This document shows positions 17,956 through 26,727 of a DNA stretch of 64,000 nt, piece by piece. Both the position numbers and the translations under genes were made by a program. Within the stretch, counting starts at the first letter, position 1. The number at the start of each line of letters is the position of its first letter. This stretch comes from Candidatus Nealsonbacteria bacterium. Lineage in GTDB: Bacteria; Patescibacteriota; Minisyncoccia; Minisyncoccales; PWPS01. The notes beneath the pieces were generated by a model. It saw only the letters and a list, made by a program, of their open reading frames with translations. It searched no databases and was not told the origin of the DNA. The stretch spans positions 110,417 to 174,416 of the forward strand of contig PWKK01000023.1 in assembly GCA_003560665.1 (NCBI GenBank). The letters are read 5' to 3'.

Positions 17956-19103
17956 GTAAGGAAAAAGTATATTTTGACTATGCGGCAACTACGCCGACAG
18001 AGCGAGATGTCATCGAGAAAGCAACTCCTTTCCTGGGAGAGAGGTTTGGCAACCCTTCTTCTCTGCATAGTTTTGGACAGGAATCTCTTTTTGCACTCGA
18101 TAAAGCAAGGAAAAGTGTTGCCGACTTTTTGGGGGCGATGGAAAGAGAAATTATTTTCACCCCTTCCGCCACACAAGCGAACAATATCGCGATTTTAGGT
18201 GTCCTAAAGGAATGTAAGAGCTCGCACGTTATCACCACATCCATTGAACACAAGGCGGTTTTGGAACCCCTCAAAAAGAGCGGGGTGAACGTAACACATT
18301 TACCGGCCTACAAAGAAGGGGTCGTTAGAGTGGAAGATGTGAGGGAATCATTAAAAGATAACACACAGCTTGTATCCATTGGCTATGCTAACAGTGAAAT
18401 CGGAACAATTCAACCGATTCAAGAAATCGGAGAGATGATCAGAGAAGAGAACAAAAAAAGGCGAGAAAAAATCATTTTTCACACCGACGCGGTGCAAGCG
18501 GTCAACTATTTTCCCTGTAAAGTTAATGATTTAGGAGTAGATCTTCTTACATTAAGCGGACACAAGATATATGGACCAAAAGGAGCAGGAGCTTTGTATA
18601 TAAAGGAAAAAAATAAGGTTTTCCCTATTTTTTATGGTGCTACACAAGAGAGGGGATTTTGCCCGGGAACAGAGAACATTTTTGCAATCGCCGGACTCGG
18701 ATTTGCGATAGAAATGCTCAGCAAAAACAACTCCGAGAAAACAAGGCGTCTTCGGGATAAGATAATCGATGTGCTTTTAGAGGAGGTTCCGGGGAGTAAG
18801 CTGAATGGTAGTAGAGAAAAAAGATTGCCCAACAACATAAACGTCACTTTCAAGGGAGTGGAAGGAGAAAGCCTGATGATTGCTTTAGACAGAGAAGGAA
18901 TCGCTGTTTCTACAGGATCTGCGTGTGCTTCCGGTTCTCTTGCTCCCTCCTACGTACTTCTTGCACTCGGCCTTGCTCATGAAGAAGCACACGGATCTTT
19001 GAGAATATCGTTAGGGCGCTTTACAACGGAAAAAGAAGTGGACTATTTATTAGAAAAACTGCCACCGATTATTAATAGATTAAGAAAAATATCTGGAAAA
19101 TGA
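17952..19103 (+). CDS. iscS: Cysteine desulfurase (IscS/NifS class).
   Basis: SGHKIYGPKG (PLP-Lys) and STGSACAS (active-site Cys loop). Confidence 0.9.
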   Translation: MSKEKVYFDYAATTPTERDVIEKATPFLGERFGNPSSLHSFGQESLFALDKARKSVADFLGAMEREIIFTPSATQANNIAILGVLKECKSSHVITTSIEHKAVLEPLKKSGVNVTHLPAYKEGVVRVEDVRESLKDNTQLVSIGYANSEIGTIQPIQEIGEMIREENKKRREKIIFHTDAVQAVNYFPCKVNDLGVDLLTLSGHKIYGPKGAGALYIKEKNKVFPIFYGATQERGFCPGTENIFAIAGLGFAIEMLSKNNSEKTRRLRDKIIDVLLEEVPGSKLNGSREKRLPNNINVTFKGVEGESLMIALDREGIAVSTGSACASGSLAPSYVLLALGLAHEEAHGSLRISLGRFTTEKEVDYLLEKLPPIINRLRKISGK

Positions 19104-19471
19104 GTTACTATACCCAAAAAACAATGGACAGGTTCCTTAACCCCAAGCACTTTGGAGAGATGAAGGATGCAAACGGAATCGGGAAAGTTGGAAACCCTCG
19201 CTGTGGGGATCAGATGACGGTTTATATTAAAGTTGAAGGAGAAAAAATCAAAGAAGCATCATTTCAAACACTGGGCTGTGCTGCGGCTATCGCCACGTCC
19301 GATGTAATCTGTGAAATGGCTATCGGGAAAAACACAAAAGAAGCACTTGCAATAACGGAAAAAGAGATGATAAAAAAGCTGGAAGAGCTACCGGCAGTTA
19401 AAGTGCACTGCTCTTCTCTGGCCATTGAAGGGTTAAAAAAAGCGATAGATGATTACCAAAAAAGAAAATAA
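19100..19471 (+). CDS. iscU: Fe-S cluster assembly scaffold IscU/NifU-like.
   Basis: NPRCGD..GCAAAIATS..HCS, the three conserved Cys ligands. Confidence 0.9.
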   Translation: MSYYTQKTMDRFLNPKHFGEMKDANGIGKVGNPRCGDQMTVYIKVEGEKIKEASFQTLGCAAAIATSDVICEMAIGKNTKEALAITEKEMIKKLEELPAVKVHCSSLAIEGLKKAIDDYQKRK

Positions 19472-20492
19472 AAAGGTGTTATTGGGGATGTCGGGGGGAG
19501 TTGACTCTTCTGTAGCTGCTTTCTTGCTAAAAGAAAGAGGATTTTCTCCGGTGGGGGTGTTTATAAAATTCTGGAAGGAGAACAATTCTTGTTATAGGTC
19601 TGATGAGCAGAGGAGGGCAAAAGAGGTTTGTAATCGGCTAAAAATCCCTTTTTACGTGATAGATGCGCAAAAAGAGTTTAAAAAAGAAGTAGTTGATTAT
19701 TATCTAAAGAGTTACAAAGGATGTGAAACTCCCAACCCCTGTGTTGTTTGCAACAGAAAAATAAAGCTAAAAACACTGATGGAAAAATTACAAGAACTAA
19801 AGGCAGATTATATCTCCACGGGACACTATGCTTGTCTTCAAGAGGGAAGTGAAGGAACAATAAAATTATTAAAAGGGAAAGACAAAGAAAAAGACCAGTC
19901 ATATTTTTTGTGGGACATCAAAAAAGAGTGGTTGGCGAAAATAATTTTTCCACTGGGGGAATTTAAAAAAAAGAAAGTAAAGAAAATAGCAAAAGATCTT
20001 CGATTTTCTTCCGTTGAGGCGGAAGAATCACAAGAAGCTTGCTTTGTCGGGGGTGATGCAGACGATTTTTTAAAGAGAAATATTGCCCCCTCTCCGGGAA
20101 AGGTTATCGATGATAGAAACAATGTAGTCGGAGAGCATGAAGGGCTTTTTTATTACACTGTCGGTCAGAGGAAAAGACTGGGTCTTTCCGGGGGACCTTA
20201 TTATGTTTTAGCAAAAGATGCCAGTAGTAACACGCTGGTGGTTACAAAAAAAGAAGCAAAGCTTTACAGTAAAGAGTTTTTTTACAGGGATGCCAATTTT
20301 TTTAGTAGCGTTTCGTTCCCACTTGAAGCGGAGACGAAAATAAGGTATAAGGGTGGTGTTACAGATGCGATTGTTAAAGAAAAAGAGGTGACACTTTCAT
20401 CTCCCGAGAGAGCGATTACTCCGGGCCAGTCAGTAGTTTTTTACAGAGGAGAAGAGGTTTTAGGAGGAGGCGTTATCGATTGTTTTGAATAA
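19449..20492 (+). CDS. mnmA: tRNA-specific 2-thiouridylase.
   Basis: PP-loop LLGMSGGVDSSVAA. Length and C-terminal domain typical of MnmA. Confidence 0.9.
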   Translation: MITKKENKKVLLGMSGGVDSSVAAFLLKERGFSPVGVFIKFWKENNSCYRSDEQRRAKEVCNRLKIPFYVIDAQKEFKKEVVDYYLKSYKGCETPNPCVVCNRKIKLKTLMEKLQELKADYISTGHYACLQEGSEGTIKLLKGKDKEKDQSYFLWDIKKEWLAKIIFPLGEFKKKKVKKIAKDLRFSSVEAEESQEACFVGGDADDFLKRNIAPSPGKVIDDRNNVVGEHEGLFYYTVGQRKRLGLSGGPYYVLAKDASSNTLVVTKKEAKLYSKEFFYRDANFFSSVSFPLEAETKIRYKGGVTDAIVKEKEVTLSSPERAITPGQSVVFYRGEEVLGGGVIDCFE

Positions 20493-20503
20493 GATTTAAT
20501 TAC

Positions 20504-20773
20504 ATGGTAAAGCTTTTAGGGGCAGTAGATTTGCTTGGCGGATTGGCTCTTTTCTCCATTATGGGGGAAGTAATACATGTGGGTGCTTTTTCAATCATTA
20601 TCGTTCTTCTTCTTTTAAAGGCAAGCATCTCCTTCTTTGATATCGGAGGGATTATCGATGTCTTTGTTTCACTTTTAATCTTTTCGAGTCTGTACTTTAT
20701 TTTACCACCTTTTCTAATGACAATCGGAGCAGTTTTCATCCTCATAAAAGGATTAATAAGCCTCGCAAGTTAA
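20504..20773 (+). CDS. Small hypothetical membrane protein (89 aa, 3 predicted TM helices).
   Basis: Hydrophobic segments only. No recognisable motif. Confidence 0.4.
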   Translation: MVKLLGAVDLLGGLALFSIMGEVIHVGAFSIIIVLLLLKASISFFDIGGIIDVFVSLLIFSSLYFILPPFLMTIGAVFILIKGLISLAS

Positions 20774-20819
20774 CTTTAATAGTATTTAAACCTTTATTAA
20801 AAATTAACGTTAAAAAAAT

Positions 20820-21014
20820 ATGTTCAATGAAGAAACAACATTAGCCGAAATTTTAAAAACGGAGCACGGACAAAAAGTTTTATCCGAGAACGGTGTACCT
20901 TGTCTTTCTTGTGCGATGGCCTCTCAAGAAGTAAATTTTCTGAAAATAGGGGAGGTTGCCGACATGTACGGGCTGGACAAAAAAAAGATTCTTGAAGAAT
21001 TAAACAAAAAGTAG
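20820..21014 (+). CDS. DUF1858 redox-disulfide small protein (hybrid-cluster-protein-associated type).
   Basis: TLAEIL...GVPCLSCAMASQE...ILEELN, which is the DUF1858 pattern. Confidence 0.65.
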   Translation: MFNEETTLAEILKTEHGQKVLSENGVPCLSCAMASQEVNFLKIGEVADMYGLDKKKILEELNKK

Positions 21015-21021
21015 AAAAACA

Positions 21022-22155
21022 ATGGAGAAGAAGATTGTTTGCCACTACGGAGAAATAGCCCTTAAAGGGAAAAACCGCCGTTTTTTTGAAAAACGGCTTG
21101 TGCTTAACATAAAAAAAGCTTTTCCGGAAGCAAGTATTTCTGCTCCCCGAGGAAGAATTGTTTTAATCGACAAAGAAGAGAAGGTAAAGGAAAAATTAAG
21201 AAAGATTCCCGGAATCGATTATTTCTTTATTGCAGACGTTGTTTCTTCTTCTCTAGAAGAAATAAAAAAAAGCGTGATTTCTCTAATGGAGAAGGCGGAT
21301 TTTGAAAGTTTTCGTATCACGGTAAAGCGCGCAGACAGTTCCTTTCCCACTTCTTCTCAGGAGCTCTCTGTTATCTTGGGAAGAGAGGTGCAGAAAAAAA
21401 CCGGCAAAAAGGTTGATTTGAAATCTCCCGATAAAAACTGTTTTCTAGAAATCACACCGAAGGAAACATATATTTATTTTGAAAAGATAAAGGGGGTGGG
21501 TGGTCTTCCGGTTGATAGTGGAGGAAAGGCGATTTCCCTTCTTTCAGGAGGGATTGATTCTCCGGTCGCCTCTTTTCGAATGATAAAAAGAGGCATGAAA
21601 AATGCTTTTCTTCACTTTCACGCGTATCCGACAACATCCAAACAGTCTATCAATAAAACAAAGAGGATAGTGAAAATTCTCTCTTCTTTTCAAGGAGAGT
21701 CCACATTGTATCTTATTCCCTTTAGTGAAATACAAAAAGAGATAATGATTGTTGTTTCAGAAAAATTGAGAGTTCTTATGTACAGACGATTTATGATGAG
21801 GATTGGAGAAGAGATTGCAAAAAAGGAGGGAGCAAAGGCGATTGTAACTGGGGAGAGCTTAGGTCAAGTTGCTTCACAAACGATAGAAAACTTAGCGATT
21901 ACCGGAGAGGTTGTAAATATTTCCGTGTTTCGACCACTGATTGGACACAACAAAGAAGAAATAACCAAAGAAGCAAAGAGAATAGAGACGTATGATGTAT
22001 CAATTTTACCAGAAGAAGACTGTTGCGTGAGATTTTTGCCGAAGAAACCGGAAACAAAGGGGAAGATTGCGGAAGTAAAAAGAGAAGAAGAAAACTTGGA
22101 AGTAGAAAAAATGGTAAAAGAAGCGCTTGAAAAGGCGGAAAAAGTTTCAATCTAA
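21022..22155 (+). CDS. thiI: tRNA 4-thiouridine synthase.
   Basis: THUMP-type N-terminus plus PP-loop LLSGGIDSPVASF. Confidence 0.9.
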   Translation: MEKKIVCHYGEIALKGKNRRFFEKRLVLNIKKAFPEASISAPRGRIVLIDKEEKVKEKLRKIPGIDYFFIADVVSSSLEEIKKSVISLMEKADFESFRITVKRADSSFPTSSQELSVILGREVQKKTGKKVDLKSPDKNCFLEITPKETYIYFEKIKGVGGLPVDSGGKAISLLSGGIDSPVASFRMIKRGMKNAFLHFHAYPTTSKQSINKTKRIVKILSSFQGESTLYLIPFSEIQKEIMIVVSEKLRVLMYRRFMMRIGEEIAKKEGAKAIVTGESLGQVASQTIENLAITGEVVNISVFRPLIGHNKEEITKEAKRIETYDVSILPEEDCCVRFLPKKPETKGKIAEVKREEENLEVEKMVKEALEKAEKVSI

Positions 22156-22176
22156 GATTGTTTTTTCTTTTTGGGG

Positions 22177-22204
22177 TTGAACTTTTTACGTTTTTAGCTA
22201 TAAT
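22177..22204 (+). promoter_or_regulatory. Sigma70-like promoter (TTGAAC, 16-nt spacer, TATAAT).
   Basis: Hexamers read directly from the sequence. Located ~140 nt upstream of the 22338 ORF. Confidence 0.5.
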
Positions 22205-22337
22205 AAAAGCGGAAATAAGCTCAGTGAAATTTGCCAGAGATAAAGTACCAAGGTGGTTTCACAGAGTAAAGGTCGTAAAGGACGATAAATAATAATCGAC
22301 AGACGGCACCGAGGTGGTGCTGAAAGTCAAAAATATC

Positions 22338-22499
22338 ATGACTGAAGGATATTGCGTAAAATGTAAAGCAAAAAGAGAAATGAAGGACGCTGAAGAGGTA
22401 GAGATGAAGGGAAAAGGAACGACAAAAAGGAGAGCAATGAAAGGAGAGTGCCCCACATGTGGCACAAAGATGTTTCGAATACTCGGAAAAGCGAATTAG
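22338..22499 (+). CDS. Small zinc-ribbon protein (two CxxC pairs; DUF5679-like).
   Basis: MTEGYCVKCK...ECPTCGTKMFRI. The ATG at 22338 is preferred over the upstream in-frame ATG at 22314. Confidence 0.6.
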   Translation: MTEGYCVKCKAKREMKDAEEVEMKGKGTTKRRAMKGECPTCGTKMFRILGKAN

Positions 22500-22538
22500 T
22501 TTTATGGCTTTTCACAAAACCACCTAAGCGTATCCGCT

Positions 22539-23426
22539 TTGGTGGTTTTGCTCTTAAGCTCAAAAATGGGAAAAAGAAAAGTACTGTTGGTTTTTGCAAT
22601 TTTAATCGCTCTTAATATTTTTTCTTGGAATTTCTTTTTTTTTCTCCAAAATGAAGAATTAAGAGTTGTTTTTTTTGATGTGGGTCAAGGTGATGCAATA
22701 TTTATCAGGACTCCGCAAAATCACTATATTTTAATAGACGGCGGTCCGGGTGAAGTTGTTTTAGAGGGACTAGGGCGAGAGATGCCCTTTTTTTATAACT
22801 CTATCGATCTTGTCATTTTAACTCACCCGCACGATGACCATGTTTCCGGTCTTCTGGAGGTACTTGACCGCTATAATGTAAAGAATGTGCTCTGTAGTGG
22901 GGTTTCGGGAAGTGCAAGTGTTGCTCAAAGATGGGAAGAAACAATCAGAGAGAGGGGATACAGACAAGCACGTGCCGGACAAAGAATCAAGGCAAACGAA
23001 TTCTATATAGACATCTTGTATCCTGCTGAAAGCTTTGCAGGGGAAACAGTGGATGATCTAAACAAAGTTTCCGTTATCTCTCGTTTTGTCTTTAAAGAAG
23101 AGTACAGTTTTCTTTTTACCGGAGATGCTTACGCCGGGCAGGAAAAAGAAGTTCTTTCTTATAGGGAAAAATGTGAAGAAGAAGAAAGAGCGTGGTGTGA
23201 TGTTTTTTCGTTGGAGTCGGACGTTTTAAAAGTGGGTCATCACGGATCGAAAACTTCTACATCGGAAGAGTTTTTGGATGTCGTTTCTCCAAAGGTGGCG
23301 GTGGTTATGGCAGGAAAAGACAACCGTTACGGACACCCACACCGAGAAGTTTTAGAAAGATTGGAAAATTACAAGGTAGAGATAATGCGCACCGATAGAG
23401 ACGGGGATGTGATATTTGAATTGTAA
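22539..23426 (+). CDS. Membrane-anchored ComEC/Rec2-type metallo-beta-lactamase domain protein.
   Basis: N-terminal TM segment (LLVFAILIALNIF). MBL motifs VILTHPHDDHVSG and LKVGHHGSKTS. Confidence 0.75.
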   Translation: MVVLLLSSKMGKRKVLLVFAILIALNIFSWNFFFFLQNEELRVVFFDVGQGDAIFIRTPQNHYILIDGGPGEVVLEGLGREMPFFYNSIDLVILTHPHDDHVSGLLEVLDRYNVKNVLCSGVSGSASVAQRWEETIRERGYRQARAGQRIKANEFYIDILYPAESFAGETVDDLNKVSVISRFVFKEEYSFLFTGDAYAGQEKEVLSYREKCEEEERAWCDVFSLESDVLKVGHHGSKTSTSEEFLDVVSPKVAVVMAGKDNRYGHPHREVLERLENYKVEIMRTDRDGDVIFEL

Positions 23427-23495
23427 AGGACGGTGTTTTGTTTTTTTATGAGTTTTGTAATATAATTACGAAGTATAAAATAAAAAAATATTAAA

Positions 23496-24200
23496 ATGGA
23501 TGATAAAAAGATAGACCTCTCTAAGATTCCGGATACCGATCTTCCTCCTGTAAAAGAGGACTTTCGAGAAACATTTCAGTGGAGAATCTTTCGAATCATG
23601 GCGGAGTTTGTAGAGGGGTTTCAGTTTGTTGCCGATTTTGATAAATCGGTTACTATTTTCGGAGCAAGTTCTTTTGATGAAGATAATGAAAACTACAAGA
23701 AAGCTCACCGTTTTGGAAAGCTTCTTGCAGGAGAGGGCTTTTCGGTTGTTACCGGTGGGGGACCAGGAATTATGGAAGCGGCAAATAAGGGTGCCTACGA
23801 AGAAGGTGGAAACTCTATCGGAATCAATATTCAGCTCGAGGAAGGAGAAAGGGCAAACAATTATTTAAGAAAATCAATAGGGTTTTATTATTTTTTTACA
23901 AGGAAAGTGATGCTTTCTTTTTCTTCTTCAGGATATGTATTTTTCCCCGGAGGTTTTGGAACGCTAGATGAGTTTTTTGAGGTAATTACCCTTGTTCAAA
24001 CAAAGAAAACTCCGATAAAAGGTCCGATAGTTGCCATCGGAAAAGATTTCTGGGAGCCACTTTTTTCTTGGCTGAGGGATGAGTTGTGTTATAAACACCA
24101 GACGATAAAGGGAGAGAACTTAGACATTTTCACTCTTGTTGATAATCCCGAAGAAGCGCTGGAGATTATTAAAAATAATTTTAAAGATAAAAGTAAATAG
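23496..24200 (+). CDS. LOG-family protein (nucleotide 5'-monophosphate phosphoribohydrolase, TIGR00730-like).
   Basis: VTGGGPGIMEAANKGA and PGGFGTLDEFFE motifs. Confidence 0.8.
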   Translation: MDDKKIDLSKIPDTDLPPVKEDFRETFQWRIFRIMAEFVEGFQFVADFDKSVTIFGASSFDEDNENYKKAHRFGKLLAGEGFSVVTGGGPGIMEAANKGAYEEGGNSIGINIQLEEGERANNYLRKSIGFYYFFTRKVMLSFSSSGYVFFPGGFGTLDEFFEVITLVQTKKTPIKGPIVAIGKDFWEPLFSWLRDELCYKHQTIKGENLDIFTLVDNPEEALEIIKNNFKDKSK

Positions 24201-24275
24201 GTGTAAAATATATTAATAACGATAAAAGGTTATCTGAAATTAACGGATGTTATATAAAGATAAGCTTCTAAAGAA

Positions 24276-25349
24276 ATGAAGGATATAGAGTTCCCCGTTT
24301 TTAAGACAAAAGTTGAAAATGATCGTGAGTTTAATCTTTCCGATCCCGAAGAGAGAAATGAGTATTTTTCTTTCAAAGCGGGAAGTGAAATTCAAGAAAT
24401 AAGAGAATACCTAAAAAAGAGCGCTTTTATTATCTATCTTTTAGGGAAAAAGAGCGCTGGAAAGGGAACTTACTCAAAGATGCTCGCAGAGGTTGTCGAT
24501 CCAGAAAAAATAGATCATTTTTCTATCGGTGATATGGTAAGAGAGGTAGACAAGGAGCTTAAAAATGAGGCAACAAAAAAAGAACTCGTTTCCTTTTTGG
24601 AGAAGAATTACCGCGGATGGAGCTCACTTGAAGAAATAATGGATATTCTTCAAGGGAGAAGCACAACAAAACTTTTACCAACAGACTTTGTTCTTACTTT
24701 AATCAAAAGAGAAATTGCCAAAAGAGGGAAAAAGGTGATTTTTATAGACGGATTTCCTCGTGACATGGATCAGATATCTTACTCTCTGTTTTTTCGAGAT
24801 CTTATCGGATACCGTGACGATGCGGATTTTTTCGCTTTAATTGATGTGCCCGAACAGGTGATTGACGAGAGAGTAAAGTGGAGGAAGATCTGTCCAAAAT
24901 GTAACACCTCAAGAAACTTGAAGCTTCTTCCGACATCTAAGATTGATTATGATAAAAAGAAAGGTGAATTTAATCTTCTTTGTGATAATCCCGATTGTGG
25001 GGAGATAAAAATGGAAAGAAAAGAAGGAGATGAGGCGGGAATAGATCCGATAAGAGGGAGGTTGGAAATGGACGAAAAGTTAATCAAGCAAGCGTTTGGT
25101 CTTTACGGAATACCGAAAATTCTTCTTCGTAACTCTGTTCCGGTAGAAAAAGCGGAAGATTTCGTCTCTACTTACGAGATTACTCCGGAATATAATTACG
25201 AGTGGAACGAGAAAGATAAAAAAGTGGAAGTAAAAGAAACTCCGTGGACAATTAAAGATGACCAGGGAGTGGAAAGTTACAGCTTGATGGCTCCGCCGGT
25301 AGTAGTTTCTTTTGTTAAGCAACTCGCCGATATATTAAGAACACACTAG
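24276..25349 (+). CDS. Atypical adenylate-kinase-family NMP kinase with N- and C-terminal extensions and a zinc LID.
   Basis: P-loop GKKSAGKGT, NMP-binding motif HFSIGDMVR, DGFPRD, and a LID with CPKC...CDNPDC. Confidence 0.65.
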   Translation: MKDIEFPVFKTKVENDREFNLSDPEERNEYFSFKAGSEIQEIREYLKKSAFIIYLLGKKSAGKGTYSKMLAEVVDPEKIDHFSIGDMVREVDKELKNEATKKELVSFLEKNYRGWSSLEEIMDILQGRSTTKLLPTDFVLTLIKREIAKRGKKVIFIDGFPRDMDQISYSLFFRDLIGYRDDADFFALIDVPEQVIDERVKWRKICPKCNTSRNLKLLPTSKIDYDKKKGEFNLLCDNPDCGEIKMERKEGDEAGIDPIRGRLEMDEKLIKQAFGLYGIPKILLRNSVPVEKAEDFVSTYEITPEYNYEWNEKDKKVEVKETPWTIKDDQGVESYSLMAPPVVVSFVKQLADILRTH

Positions 25350-25416
25350 AAGAGACAAAAACCTGATTTTTCGGATTTCGAATCCCTAAAATTAATTGTC
25401 GTTTGCGAGAAAAAAC

Positions 25417-25445
25417 TTGACTTGCAAGAGGAGAAAAGTTATATT
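25417..25445 (+). promoter_or_regulatory. Sigma70-like promoter (TTGACT, 17-nt spacer, TATATT).
   Basis: Hexamers read directly from the sequence. Confidence 0.55.
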
Positions 25446-25451
25446 GAAGTT

Positions 25452-25612
25452 GTTCGCTCGTTCAAAATGAAAATCTGAATTATATCTTTGAGGGAGCCGT
25501 ATATGATTCACAGCTCGTGGGCTGTGACTGAGGCACCCACCTTAGTTTCATTATCAGATTATTCTGGGACGAGCGGACATGAAAGAGTACCTCATATTTG
25601 AGGTATTTTTTC
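25452..25612 (+). ncRNA. Candidate structured sRNA of about 160 nt. It has a 12-bp closing helix, internal hairpins and an intrinsic terminator. The family is not identified.
   Basis: GTTCGCTCGTTC (25452-63) pairs with GGGACGAGCGGAC (25566-78). Internal hairpin CACAGC-TCGTGGG-GCTGTG. Terminator TACCTCA-TATTT-GAGGTA plus T6 (25588-25611). Confidence 0.45.
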
Positions 25613-25699
25613 TTGTGTAGAGTTTTGTGTTAATTTTTCTCTTGCCATAAATCAGAAAGATAGTAAAATTAGCAAAGAAAGATTAAATTTAGTTTAAAT

Positions 25700-26440
25700 A
25701 TGCAAGATTTTCTCTTGGTTGCGATGTTTAATTTTACCGCTTCGGTGGTTTGTTTGGTTGCTGCGGTAAAGATGTATTTTGTCGGTAGAAAAAATATAGA
25801 GAATATTAAAATTCCTTATTTTTTCTACAGTTTTGTTTTTATAGCTATTTACCTTTTTTCCAGTGGGCTACCCCTTTTGTTTGCAAGAGACTCTTTTGCT
25901 GTTGCCGTTGTTGGGGCGCTTTCCAGACCACTCCTTCTTATCGGAGCAATGTTTTTGTGCTTAATACCTCTTAACCTAATGAAAACTAAGTCGCTTGAGA
26001 AGGTGTATGTCCTTTCAGTGTTGGCGATTGTACTGGTAAGTAGTGTTTTGTCTTTTTTAGGATTAAACCAAGTTAAAAGATTTTTTCCTTTTCACGATGC
26101 TCAATACTGGATTCATCTCGAAAATCCTCTGCTCGTTTCGGGATTCTTTTTAACAGGAGGTTTTGTCATCATTTCTCTCCTTTTTGCGTCTTTTTTTTAC
26201 TTCCGCTTTGCATTGGAGAAAAGAAGGGAAGAAGTTGCTTTCGGCAAAGCGATGATGATCGGAATAGGATGCTCTCTTCTTCTTCTTGCGGTTGCTTCCG
26301 GACATATTTTCGGGATAATAATTGGGGAGTTTGTCGTAACAAGCACTATAGCGAGCTTGCTTTTCATAATGGGGGTTGTTTCGCTTATCGCCAGTGTGAA
26401 TTATAAGGGGGAGAGTAAAAAAGCTTATAAAATTAAATAA
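25700..26440 (+). CDS. Hypothetical polytopic membrane protein (about 7 TM helices).
   Basis: Hydrophobicity pattern only. Confidence 0.5.
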   Translation: MQDFLLVAMFNFTASVVCLVAAVKMYFVGRKNIENIKIPYFFYSFVFIAIYLFSSGLPLLFARDSFAVAVVGALSRPLLLIGAMFLCLIPLNLMKTKSLEKVYVLSVLAIVLVSSVLSFLGLNQVKRFFPFHDAQYWIHLENPLLVSGFFLTGGFVIISLLFASFFYFRFALEKRREEVAFGKAMMIGIGCSLLLLAVASGHIFGIIIGEFVVTSTIASLLFIMGVVSLIASVNYKGESKKAYKIK

Positions 26441-26461
26441 AATTTTTCTATGTGTGATCAA

Positions 26462-26695
26462 ATGAAACAAGCAAAAGAAATTTACCGACTTCAAAAAGAG
26501 CTTGAAAAAGAGAAAATAGAAGTGGAAGAAGACGGCGTAAGAGTGATTGTTAGTGGGAAAATGGAAGTGGAAAAGGTGGAACTGAATCCGAAGATTACAA
26601 AAGAAGAACAAGAATTAGCGGTGAAAAAATGTATCAATGGAGCGATGAAACAGATACAAACCAATCTTGCTCAAAAAATGCAATCAATGAGATAA
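26462..26695 (+). CDS. ybaB: YbaB/EbfC-family nucleoid-associated DNA-binding protein.
   Basis: MKQAKE...GVRVIVSGKMEVEKVELNP...AMKQIQ, the family pattern. Confidence 0.7.
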   Translation: MKQAKEIYRLQKELEKEKIEVEEDGVRVIVSGKMEVEKVELNPKITKEEQELAVKKCINGAMKQIQTNLAQKMQSMR

Positions 26696-26727
26696 ATTTA
26701 CGCTCGAACAGAAAAAATTATAGAAGA

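Noticed and set aside
22160-22337. Possibility that this promoter-driven region is the SRP (4.5S) RNA.
   Set aside because: No helix-8 conserved motif (GGAA tetraloop flanked by AGCAG/CAGG-type internal loops) could be found. It was kept only as an unassigned leader.
25370-25390. GGATTTCGAATCC resembling a tRNA T-arm.
   Set aside because: The loop is only 3-5 nt in either orientation, and no acceptor, D or anticodon arms surround it. It is more likely a weak terminator hairpin after the upstream gene.
25350-25700. Possibility of tmRNA or RNase P RNA in this 350-bp gap.
   Set aside because: The transcribed candidate is only ~160 nt. It lacks a tRNA-like 3' domain, a tag-peptide reading frame, and P4 conserved sequences.
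26150-26611. Minus-strand 153-aa ORF overlapping the membrane protein and ybaB.
   Set aside because: It is antisense to two plus-strand genes, with a low-complexity F/L-rich translation.
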